DNA of 64,000 nt from Amphiscolops sp. MND2022 (taxonomy: Eukaryota). Positions within the stretch are counted from its first letter, which is position 1; every line of letters begins with the position of its first letter. The stretch covers positions 1-64,000 of the forward strand of contig CAXLNC010001113.1 of NCBI GenBank assembly GCA_964187785.1. The letters are read 5' to 3'. A program made the position numbers and the translations under genes. Under the pieces are notes generated by a model. It worked only from the letters and a program-made list of their open reading frames with translations. It made no database searches and was not told the DNA's origin. Shown here in pieces: positions 23,725 to 35,109 of this stretch.

Positions 23725-24321
23725 GAAACTGTGCTGTCAAACAGAGAATGGGGAGGTCAATTTTACGCTTGTATAGTAGTGTAAAACGCGTTTGGTGCAG
23801 CCAACAACCATCATCGATCAAAAAAAAGTAAATAGTTTTTGTTTTTTTTCCTCCGGTCTCGCCGGAAATTATTTACTTTTCTGGTCTTTTGGGGCAAGTT
23901 CCGGGGGGGGGGGGGGAGTGGGTTTGGTGACACCCACCGTCTCTGCTGATGTAACCCTCTCCACAACGTTAGATTCGGTTAGAAACCATCCAACCTGCGG
24001 CGGCGCGGTGCCGCCGCAGGTTCGAAGGTTTAAAACGCGGGGTTTGTCAAACTAAACCTTCCAATCTGCGGCGGCACGGTGCCGCCGCAGATTGGATGGT
24101 TTAAATTTGTGGGTGTCACCAAACCCGCCCCGCCCCCCCCCCCCCCCAAAACGTGTCCAAAAAGACTAAAAAAGTAATAATTTCCGGCGAAGCCGACGAA
24201 ACAAAAAAAAAACTATTTTGTTCGATGTTGGTTGTTGGATGCACCAAAACGCGTTTTATAATACTCTTCAACAAGCGTAAAATTGACCTCCCCAGTCTCT
24301 GTTGTTTGACGGCACAATTTC
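23725..24321. mobile_element. Foldback element: about 200-bp imperfect inverted arms around two GC-rich hairpins
   Basis: About 23725-23936 matches the reverse complement of about 24110-24321; perfect 17-bp-arm hairpin at 24061-24095 and a related one at 23994-24020. Confidence 0.7.
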
Positions 24322-24944
24322 GTTTGAGGGACCCTGTGTTCAGACCTAGAAAAGCGCATAGAAACCCACTGTCCATCCCAAGAAAAAAACTGCCAAATCG
24401 TCCCTCTTTTTCCCTCTTGTTGGCCTTTTTTTACTATAAAACAAGCGAAAAATGAAAAACTGCCAAATCGTCCCGTTTTTGCCCTCCCACACGGGGGGGG
24501 GTGTACATGCGTGAAAAAGGAATCATTTGTTCTTTTGGCTTTTTTCCCCTGTTTATAGTACTTTTGGGGTCAATTTGGCCAATTTGACGACAGAAAATGG
24601 AACCATTTGTCCTTTCGGCGTTTTTTTCCCGTGTGTTATAGTGTTTTTCGCATCAAAATTGGACATTTCCCCTTCAAAACGTAGTGCTTTTGGAGTGCAG
24701 AAAGGGCCATTTTGGAGGTCGACAAGGACAAATGGTGAACTTGGCTTCCAAGCCCCCAAAACAACCGAAATGCCTATAAAACAAGGGAAATCCAACAAGA
24801 TCACACTTGGCCTCGTAACAGGTATTCGGCGCAAATAGGTCAAAAATGACTACAACACAGGGGAAAAAACGCCAAAAGGACAAATGGTTCCATTTTCGCG
24901 TGCCTAGGTGTACAGGGGGTCCACAACCCCCCCCTTAGTTCCCA

Positions 24945-25505
24945 AAAAGATTAGCATGATTAACACGATTAACATTTCCCCTGTTTTAGCCACTTTTTGA
25001 AAAAGAAGGGTTAACATGATTAACATGATTAACATTTCCCCAATTTTAAGCCCATTTTCTCACAAAGTGCTTAGAACAAGGGAAATGTTAATCATGTTAT
25101 TCTTTCTTCTTTCTACCCCCCCCCTCAGCCCCCCTAAGTTCCCCAAAAGATTAACATGATTAACATTTCTCCTGTTTTAGCCATTTTTGAAAGAAACAAG
25201 GATTAACATGATTCACATGATTAGCATGATTAACATTTCCCCAATTTTAAGCAAATTTTTCTCAAAAAGTGCTTAAAATAGGGGAAATGTTAATCATGTT
25301 AGTATGTTTCCTTTCTCTGCCCCCCCTCCCCAGCCCCCGTAAGTTCCCAAAAAGATGAACATGATTAACATGATTAACATTTCCCCTGTTTTAGCCACTT
25401 TTTTGAAAAAGACAAGGATTAACATGATTAACATTTCCCCTGTTTTAAGCTTTTTTCTCAAAGCATGCTTAAAGCAAGGGAAATGTTAATCATGTTAATC
25501 ATTTC
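24945..25505. repeat. Compound tandem repeat built on a 9-bp TTAACATGA unit
   Basis: Three blocks, each with (TTAACATGA)n-TTAACATTTCCCC followed by the inverted GGGAAATGTTAATCATGTTA. Confidence 0.75.
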
Positions 25506-28500
25506 CCTTGTTGGTGTATTCCGAAAGGGTTTATTGTGATGTGTCTAGGTAAAAGGAAACAATAAACCTTAGACTTACCTGTTTCATGTGTTGTGTTAGT
25601 ACTTTTTTGGAATTTTGATCAGAAATAAATTTGGTCGTGCTATTTTTGGCCAAAATTTCATATTTAGCCCCGTTTTATAGAGAAACTCCGAAAACTGTGG
25701 GCGCATTCGTGGGCCTCTGCCATAAAATATGTGTATATATATATATATGAAGGTATTATCTGGTCCAACTTTGGCCTTTTTAAGGGTTATTAGCTGGTCC
25801 AAGTAAGGGTTGCAATCTATTTTTATAGTGGTTTCAAGCGATTGTTTGCGAACTCGGTTATCATTTTGTGTTTTTTGGGGCACCAATTATGAGGCAATTT
25901 TCAAAAAATCGCGTTTTTCAAAGAAAGGGTGCAAACATTGTTTTTTTTTCAAATGTCTCTGTTTTAAGTTTAATTTTTGAAAATTCTCTTTTTATGCTTG
26001 CAGAAACACCATAAAAATAGTGGTTTCAGATTTTTTGTTTTTGTTGTTCAAAGAGAAGAAAACAGGCTGATGATAACTGGAATTTCTGGGTTTGAGTTTT
26101 TTTTGGACCAAAAATTGCCGTTCTGTGACGGTTATCTGTTTTTTAAAAATTGAGTTGCTGAAACCCTCTTTTTATAGTGTTTTGGAGGTGCGCGCTTTTT
26201 GGGCCAAGCTGTCAAAAAGGGGAATTTTCGAACCCACCCCCAAAACAAAGACAATTTTGACTGATAACTGAAAAGCTCATTTTTTGGTATTTTTTGGGTT
26301 TTTGTGTGTTTTTCTGGGAGGAGGAGGTTTGGTTTGTTTTGTTTTCATTGTGTTTGCTTTCCGTTTTTGTTTCTTAAAGAACAAAACCTGTTTTTCCCCT
26401 AAAAGGTCTGCCTACTTTTCAGTGTCTCCCTTTGCTTCTCCCTAGCTTTTTGTTTCACTTCCATTTTTGACTCTCTCTTTCTGTCTCTCTTTTGTTCTCT
26501 TCTTTCTTTCTTCCTCCCTTGTTTTCTTTCTGTTTTGCTTTCTTTTACTTTCTTGTTTTTGTCTGTTTGTTTCTTCGCCTTATTTATTTGCTTCTGTTTC
26601 ATCAATAGAAGAACATTAGAACATTAATTAGTAAAGTTGTGATCATCAATCCTTTTCTGCTTTTCTTGGTTGTCTGTCTTAGTTTGTCTTTCAAATGCCT
26701 TTTCCTTATCTTTTTTTTTCCGATTTTAAGTTGTGCTTCTTTGTTCAGCATCAATGTCTTTATGCTTCGAAGAAGACAATTTAAAACGCCAAGTTTTGGT
26801 CAAGAGGGGGGTTGCAACAAAAATATTTTTAAATAACCTGTGCTTTGCAAAACGTGAAAGGTTATCGTTCTTTTTTGGGCCCTTTTGGGGGCAAATTTTG
26901 GTTGAAGTTCAGAAACACTGTAAACATGGGTAGTTCATCACATGTTTAAAGCAAAAAAGAGCAAAAACAGGACCATTTTTAAAGGTTATTTTCTGGTCCG
27001 AGTAAGGGTTATTATCTGGTCCAAGTTTGGGCCTTTTAAAAAATGGCCAACCTGGACCAGACAATAACCCTTAAACATTTTGCACGCAATTTTCAAAAAT
27101 GCTGAAACCCCAACTTTATAGTGTTTTTGACAAACAACTTTAGAGACTTATTAGTTTGGCAACCTGAAAAGTTGTTAGTTTGTCCACCTTTTGGGGTGGC
27201 ATTCTCACACTATGAAACTAGATTTTTTGAGGATTTTTGTGTCAAAGTTTGGTCCCAATTAGTGTTTTTGTGTTTCATGTTTCTCAATCAGAAACCTTTT
27301 TCTTCTTTATCTTCTTCTTTTCTGGTATCCCAACACCCCTCTTTTTTAGGCCTTTTTGAGAAACATGCAAAGAGTGTGTTCAAAAAAGCACTATTAAAAT
27401 AGGGTTTTTGATGGGTGTCCATTGTTCAGAGACATCAAAACCCTGGTTCACTAATTGCAAATAAGTGTGGGACAAAAAATGTATTCTTTAAACAATTAGT
27501 GTTTTTTTGCTCTCAAACCACGATGTTTCTGCTAGAATCTGGGTTTTTGAAAAATGCCCGTTTTTGTGCCCGTTTTTGGGAGGGGGGTTCACTAATTGGG
27601 CAAAAATTGCACACTGTTGTTTCACAACTTAAACAGAACAAAAAACAACAAAACCTCTGAAACCATTATTTTTCTGCAAGGAGCTCTTCTGGGTGGTGAA
27701 AGCAAAAAAATAGTTGGGCACATTCGTGTTTTTGGGTCCAAAACATGTTTTCTTACATGCAAAAAGAGTTTTTCTTTCTTGACTGTAGTTGTTTTTATTG
27801 TTGTTGTTGATTGGTTGTTGTTCATTTTTTGTCTTAGTTGTTGTTGTTATTGTCGTTTGTTGTTTTTGTTTCTGTTCAACCGAGTGTTCTTGTTTTTGTT
27901 TTGTTCAACCTATTATTATTGTTTTTGTTGTTGCTGTTGCTGACCTATCACTAGTCGCTTTTTTTTGGGGGGTGTTTTGGTTTTGTGTTTGCTTGCTTTT
28001 GTTTTTGCCTTGCTTCAGATACCCCCCCCCCAAATAAAAAAGTCATTTTCCCTGAAATGTCAGAGATGTCTTTCCTTCTCTCTCCCAAAACCCCTTTCTC
28101 CAAAATCATTACTTTGTTATTTTTGTCCCTCTGGTCCTTTTTCTTTTTGTTATGTTTTCCTTCATCTTCTTCTGATTTCTCTTAATTTTCTTATTTCTTC
28201 TTCTTCTTCTTCTTCTTCTTCTTCTTCTTCTTCTTCTGTTGTTCCTCTGTTCTCCTCTTTTCTTCTTTCATCTTCTCTCTTTCCTTTGTTCATTGCCTAT
28301 TGCTTTGCCAATGATTCTTCTTTTGGGTCTTGGCCAATCTTTCTTTCTTTCTTTGCCTTTTGATTTGTGATATTTCTTCTGTTGTGTTTTGGCTTTGCTT
28401 GTTCTTGTTTGTTGTTTTGACAAGCCTCCTCGATTTTGTTTGTTTTTTATTTTGGGAGGGCTTAAGGGTAAGGTGAGGCGGCCCGAAGGGCCACCTCACT

Positions 28501-30449
28501 TGGCCCTAAACCCTCGTTATTTGTTAGTTATTTTTGTTTGTGTTTGGTTATTTTGTTTTGCTTGCTAAAGATACAGAGAAAAGCTGTTTCCCCCTAAAAA
28601 CAGGACATTTTTGCTGGTTTGCTCAGTGTCTACCTTGCTTTTGTTTTTGTGTTTTTCTTTTATGTCTTTGTTACTTTCTCTCCTTGCTTCATTCCTTTCT
28701 TTGTTCTTGTTTTCTTACTTGTTTTTCGTGTTTGTTGGAACAACAACAACATCACATAAAACAAGATAACTTGACACAAAGAAGAGAAAAATAACAAAAA
28801 ATAACAAAAATAACACAAACAAAAGACATGCTATGTTATAAAATACAGGGAAAATAAAACGTATACCGGCACCAGTCCCCCCCCCCTTTTTCTAAAAAAG
28901 CCATGCCATGGGGAAAAAATGGCCGGTACAAATGAATTTGCCTTTTTTCGCTGTAAAAGCACATGTACCGAGGGGGGGTCCAGAATCAGGCCGAAAAAAA
29001 AATTCGATAAATGCCTTCCGGCCAGTACCGGTACAAAAATTTATTTTTCCAGAAAATATGACACCCACATTTAGGGGACGAGAATTGAACTCAAACCTTT
29101 TTTTCTCAAACTTTTCGGGCACACCCAGGATATCCCGGCAAAATCCCGGGATATCCCGCCAAAAAGTTTGGTTTCCCTGGGTTTCGAAGGACATACCGAA
29201 CTTTTTGGCCCGCACCCCTTCATGTGGAAGACCCCCACCCCACCCGAAAATATCCGGACCAAAAAGTTTGGGTTTGGGTGCCTTTTTCTTCCCTGAACAT
29301 TTGAGAAAGTGATTCGTTTGGCCGCAGGTGTGCCCACCTGGCTTTCAATTAATGTTCTGTTTTTTTTTTCAAAAAATTAGTCTGAAATATCGGAAACATA
29401 GAGCCAAATGAAAGTTATTAGTTTGGCCACCTGGAAGTTATGAGTTTGTCCACTTTGGGTGGTCAAAAATTGACCCCCAAAGTGGACAAACTAATAACTC
29501 TCTGTTGGCCAAACTAATAACTTTCATTTTGCTTCTGGCTGCTGTCAAAATGAGATTTTCAAACAACGTGGCCAAACTAACAATTTTCAAAAAAGGCAAA
29601 AGGATGGACAAACGAATAACTCTCCGACATATATATATATGCGCTGTGAAGTTAGGTTTTGAACCAATTTTAGGGTTTTTGAAAGTTAGGTTCTAGACCA
29701 ATTTGAAAGTTAGGTTCTGGACCAAGATGATTTTGCCCCATTTTTACAGTGGTTTCAGGCTTGTTTTCTGCAAAATTTAGTGTTTTGTGTTTTGGGGTTT
29801 GCAGCCTGTTATTGCCCACTTTTTTAAAAATGGCCTTTCTTGAGTAATGGTGAAGAAGTGGGTGAAGAAACCATTTTGAAGACAAAAAGCAAAACATATG
29901 CTTTTTGAAGCGACAAACACCATAAAAATAGGGATTTTAAGAGATTGGTGGGTATTTTGTGTCCGTCAAGACACAAAATAGCAAAAACAAATTGCTGACA
30001 AGAAATTGGTCAAACTAGGCTCAATTTTCCCAAGAATATACGGACATCATTTTGGCCCGAGATTGGGGTTTTTAAGGTTTGCTCAAATGCCTATTTTATA
30101 GTGTTTTCTTGAGTTTTTTGGGTTTCGCAAAACTCTTCGGCAAGCTCAAAAAAGGCATTTTTGATAACAGGCTTGTTTTTCGTTGCAGTTTTTTGTTGTT
30201 TTTTTGGGGGGGGTTGGGTTCTGGAAGGCTTCGGGCCACCTCACATCACCTGACCCTTCCTTGTTTTGTTTTTTTCATTTTGTTTTTTCTTTGGGGGTTT
30301 TGGTTTCGGTTTGGTTTTTGGAAGGTAAAGGGTAAGGTGGGGCGCGAAGGGCCGCACCTCACCTAACCCTTCCTTAGCATGGTCTTGTTTGTTTTTTTGG
30401 AGGGGCGGTGAGAGACAAAGAAAGGCCATTTTCCTGCACTTTTTTTTTG

Positions 30450-32120
30450 TTCCAGCTTATTGACTGCATAGCTACTTGTAAGCTGCTTCAAGTTTTCATG
30501 GTTCCAGAGTACTTCGTATTTTGAGTGACCAGGGCACTGAATTTGTCAATCAAGAGTCTGAGAGGCATGCTAGACAGCATGGAACACACTTGGCCACATC
30601 ACCAGCACATCAACCACAGAGTAACGGTGTTGCAGAGGGGCTAGTGGGTCTCGCTAAGCAACGCACACGTCGTTTACCTCTAGCTGCAGGGCTTCCAGAT
30701 TTCTATTGGAGCTATGCCGTGAGATTTGCTGCAGAGATGCTTCGTCATAAAGCTTTAGGATTCCAGTGGCGTGTACCAGCTTTTGGAGAAGCAGTCGGTA
30801 TGTGGCGCTCACATGACAAGAAGCAGGCTAAGTCAGCACATCACAGAGGTGCAGTTGGCAGGTTGATTGCTATTGACCCATGGGGAAATGGTACTTGTGT
30901 TCTGATTGCCAAAGGAAGTGATCTCCATGATCCAGAGCTTCTACATGGTCTTCAACCCAAGACAATTGCAGTGGAATGTCTTCGACTAAGCCAGCCTAAA
31001 GTTGTACCTGAAGGTTGGACGTTGGAACCAGGATGCATTGAAGCAATTTGCGTCCAGATGGCAAACCATTTGCACACCAGAAGGTAAAGACCTATGGCTT
31101 AAGATGGATACTGGCCAGACACAATACACTTCACCCTTTGTCGCAGAGGTTAAACCGGACTCATCAGATCCAGTTGAGGAACCAATAGCGTATTTGAGAG
31201 AGGCAACAGATCCAGCTAATTCCGTGCAGCGACCAGAAGTTCTTGTGTTTCGGTCGACCAGCCTACGCGTGTGCGGGATTCGCTCACCAAGACAGTTCCT
31301 AAGGCTAGAATCATGCCTAATCGGGTAGTGATGAGTACATCTGGTGCTCAGTATGATAGATGGAAACAGGCTACTCAGAAGGAATTACAAGCTTTTCTCA
31401 AGACAGCTTGGACAGAACCAACTCCAGAGTTGCGCGCACGACACTTCGCAAACAAGAAGAAGGTCGTCATGCAGCTATTGGTATTCAGTTTGAAACCTAT
31501 GACAGCTGAGAAGAAACCTCAAGGATTCGTTGGTGATGAGTGTGAGAAGGCCAGAGTTTGTCTTCAAGGCCAGAACCATGAGGGCTTTCAGGTCCAGCTC
31601 CACGACCAACGCAGACGCACATCTTCTCAGACTGTTCTTGGCAGTTCAAGCCAATCCCAAGCATGTTCTTGCCAGCTTTGACGTGATCAACGCGTTCCTG
31701 AATGCAGAGTTGTCTGAAGATGTCATCATTCTGACACAACCCGCACCAGGGTTAATACAACTTGGTCTCGTGAAACCTGGTACTCTCTACCAATGCACCA
31801 AGGCATGCTATGGTTTGAGAGAAGCTCCCAAATTGTGGGAAGAAGCCAGAGACAAGACCTTGACGTCCTTTGTCTTCCAGATTGACAATGTTGAGTACAG
31901 TCTGAGACAGAGCACCTATCATCCCAATCTATGCTTTGTTGTTCGTGCACCTTGTCAACATTCGTCTAAGAAAGTTCGCTTGCCAGATGATAGCGACCTA
32001 CCTGACATTTCAGTCTTTGGCGAACATGAGCACGTTGCAGCATTCCAAGTATATGTTGATGATTTTCTAGCAGCAGGACCTAGAGATATATTGCAACCGC
32101 TTCTTACCAGACTTCTTGAT
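30450..32120 (+). pseudogene. Decayed Ty1/copia integrase-RT fragment
   Basis: IN motifs SDQGTEF and PQSNGVAE; RT motifs SFDVINAFL, CYGLREAPKLW and VYVDDFL; several frameshifts; truncated at both ends; no LTR seen. Confidence 0.85.
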
Positions 32121-32630
32121 CAAGATGGGTGCAGTGAAGTCTTTCCAGGGTGGGAACCATATCAATAAGAAGGTACCAGCCCAGTTTGCGCAATCACCGT
32201 TGCCAATTGAAAGCTTCCTCCACATCCAGACTTGGCACACTAGGCATCCTACTTCCGGCCAGGCTTATGCATTGGAGTTCAATGTCAGCTTTGCAGGGGT
32301 GTCAGGCATTGCTTTCAATGTCCCTACCTTGTGCCAGCATCGGTGGAATACCAGTGTGAATTGGTCCCAGCCGACCGCAGATGTTGACTTGCTCGGAATG
32401 TGTGGTCGTCGCCAGGATCTAGAAGCCACACTCCAGGCTATGGGACTTGATCACCGCAAATTGCCTCAGAAGCGCGATCCAGGTTATCGGCATACATTGC
32501 CATCTGATGAGGAAATCCAACAGCAGGCGCATGCCGAGCATATGCGAGCATTGATGTCAGGACAGGCACCGCCAAACTTTGGCTCTCAGGCTTCAAGTTC
32601 ACAGGCACCGCCTCAGTCTTCGAGTGTTTC

Positions 32631-32836
32631 TGTGTTGTCTATATGCAAGAATAGACTGTGCGCAGTGTAGGTCAAGTATGCAGAGCAAGCAAAGCAGATA
32701 TAAGGGCGCTAGATAGATCGCTATGCAGTCTTCCTTTTGCACTCATGCCCTTGGAGTCTTGAGCCAAGTAGGGCGTCGAATGACATCATCATGCTGTCGA
32801 TCAGTAGATCAAGGTTGCAAGCTGCATCCCTTGACA
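32631..32836 (-). repeat. 3' LTR of the copia element
   Basis: 205/206 identical to 45160-45365. Confidence 0.95.
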
Positions 32837-32846
32837 CTCCTCCTTC
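32837..32846 (-). promoter_or_regulatory. Polypurine tract GAAGGAGGAG
   Basis: Directly precedes the 3' LTR on the minus strand. Confidence 0.85.
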
Positions 32847-32979
32847 GATAGCATGCTGTGTCTCTATTCACATCGAAAAGTCAAAACTTGGGCTTCCCTA
32901 CTCACATATCCCAATCTCAGCTGAATTCCACTCGCTTTTTGGCATCGAGAGATCACAACGTAGCCATTGATCTCGTGCT

Positions 32980-35109
32980 CTAGCGCTGTTGCTTCTTCTT
33001 GGCTTCTGCCCATGGATCACTCATGGAACCTGAGGCCATCGAAGGATTCCTGACATATGGGGCTGGTTTGACCTGCACCATTGAAGCTGAGCTTGAGGAC
33101 GCATGTGGAGGTGGAGGAACTGGAGGGGCTGGCTGCAATGGATGTGTCATAGATGGCATCCAATGTGGTTGTGCAAACGTGGAACGCTTTGCCCTCACCA
33201 TTTCTTCAGTCATGCCATCGATCCATTTGTATACCTTCTCCTGCTCGTCCTTGATATGCGTCAGAATGCCATCTGCCCATAGACGACAACACGTGGACTC
33301 ATAAGCAAGCTTCTCGCTATACTTCTGCAACTCCCTGAGGTTCTCAATGGATGCTGTGCTGCGGTTGAGATCCGTAATGGACTCTACTGGTTGAGGAGCT
33401 CCATGTCGTCCATATGAAGGATAGTGTGGACTCTGCATGGTTTTGCAATGACGAATGAACGTCGACAAGGGGCTCGGCATGTGAGCACAGTATGGAATGT
33501 TGAGATCCCATAGATTCGCTGGAATTGGAAAGTCCGGGTTGGGAAGGATGACGTCAGGCTGCATTGGAGCCATGCCTGGAACTGGACCTGAAAAGTCACA
33601 GGGCTGATGCTCCTGAATGGGCTGGCATCCTCCATGAAGTGAGCTAGCTGGAGCCATTCCATGCATCATTGCTGCTGCTGCACATTGAGTTGGTGGTGGC
33701 ACCTCTTGTGGCGGCTGTTCCTTGGAGGCCGGACCATCGACATCATCATGACTAAGATGAATTCCCCATCGATAGTCTGCTGCTCTGCCTTCGGACTTAG
33801 CCTTCTTGTACTCTTGCTTGTACCAATTTGGTTGACCTGGGCCTCCATTGACCTGTGCTAATGGACACTGGAATGGAGCATGTCGGCCTTTGCATAGAGT
33901 ACAGCGATGTTCTTTGAGAGGATTCCTATGCTTCTCAACATGCTTGCATGCAAATCTCGGATGATTGCTCATGTCGCAATATGCACAGTAGATGCGTGGA
34001 TCTTTGCAATTCTTCTCAAGCTTGAGTGAATCCCGGATCCACTTGATGTAGTCATCCTGCTTGTCTGGTGGCAACTGATGGCTCTTCTCTACTGGGCATG
34101 GAATTTCAGACATTGGGAACAAGAAGTCGAGGTTGGTATCGATGACATCGAGAGTACGCCATTCGAGACCTTTCTCTTCTGGATCGGTACGCTGCGAAAT
34201 GTCAACTGGAACAGACTGGCCTCGCTTGGAAGATCCCTTGGACCACTTCTCTGAGCTGGATCCTTCCCATGTCCATGACTTGCTGACGGACTTGGAACCT
34301 TTCTGCTTCTGCCAATCCTTGAAATCCTCAAGTCGACCCATCCATGGCTGTTGCTCATGGAGTCCCAATGCTTCAACCATCGAGGTTTCCACATCACGCA
34401 TGTAGGTAACCCACTCACAATCTTGTTCTGGACAGATCACCATCTGCTTGTGCCTCTCGTTGGGCTTGGCATAGAAGGTATGGCAATCATTCCTTGGAGC
34501 TGGGATCTGCGGAAAGCCATACGTGGATGCAAGTATGGAGTTGAGCTGCTGGATCATGTCTGTGTCATCGCGAAAGGACATAGATGCTTCGAGAGTACAA
34601 TCTCTGGCAACCTTTGAAGCGATGCATGGAGTCAAACTGATCATAGCTCCGCACATGACTGTGCTGGCACAATCCGCAAACGCGCATGCTGGATGAGACT
34701 GGCTCTTGTTGCTCAATTGAATACGAACTAGAAGTGTCGTCTCTTTGCACAACAATGGATTCGCTTTTTCCTGTCTCAATTGATCCGCATATCCTGCTGC
34801 ATATTCCCATTGGTAGCAATATGACCATGTCGTTGGACAATATGTTCTCTGCTTCTCCTCTGCCTTAGTGTCACCACTTGGAAGGATAGTCTTGCTGTAG
34901 GCAATGCCCAACGCATGCATCATGTTCGTAGATTTGAATGCTGCTATCGGTGACTGACTCTGTAGCGCGTCCTTGGCAAACTTGGCAGTGTGCTCATTGT
35001 CGGGGGCAATGTGCCATGGAGGCATACCAAATGTCAATGCATCCCAACATTTGTAGACTGCGGTCATGGGATATGTCCACATGGGTTGAAGTCCTTGAAG
35101 CTTAGACAA
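32980..35109 (-). CDS. Accessory ORF, C-terminal part: two zinc knuckles, Pro-rich region and a predicted coiled coil
   Basis: 709-aa open frame containing CAYCDMSNHPRFAC and CTLCKGRHAPFQC (about 33866-33987); overlaps the upstream ORF in another frame. Confidence 0.7.
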   Translation of the reverse strand: MSKLQGLQPMWTYPMTAVYKCWDALTFGMPPWHIAPDNEHTAKFAKDALQSQSPIAAFKSTNMMHALGIAYSKTILPSGDTKAEEKQRTYCPTTWSYCYQWEYAAGYADQLRQEKANPLLCKETTLLVRIQLSNKSQSHPACAFADCASTVMCGAMISLTPCIASKVARDCTLEASMSFRDDTDMIQQLNSILASTYGFPQIPAPRNDCHTFYAKPNERHKQMVICPEQDCEWVTYMRDVETSMVEALGLHEQQPWMGRLEDFKDWQKQKGSKSVSKSWTWEGSSSEKWSKGSSKRGQSVPVDISQRTDPEEKGLEWRTLDVIDTNLDFLFPMSEIPCPVEKSHQLPPDKQDDYIKWIRDSLKLEKNCKDPRIYCAYCDMSNHPRFACKHVEKHRNPLKEHRCTLCKGRHAPFQCPLAQVNGGPGQPNWYKQEYKKAKSEGRAADYRWGIHLSHDDVDGPASKEQPPQEVPPPTQCAAAAMMHGMAPASSLHGGCQPIQEHQPCDFSGPVPGMAPMQPDVILPNPDFPIPANLWDLNIPYCAHMPSPLSTFIRHCKTMQSPHYPSYGRHGAPQPVESITDLNRSTASIENLRELQKYSEKLAYESTCCRLWADGILTHIKDEQEKVYKWIDGMTEEMVRAKRSTFAQPHWMPSMTHPLQPAPPVPPPPHASSSSASMVQVKPAPYVRNPSMASGSMSDPWAEAKKKQQR

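Noticed and set aside
25550-30450. Numerous short Phe/Leu/Cys-rich ORFs
   Set aside because: Translations of T-rich low-complexity and dispersed repeat DNA; no domain signal.
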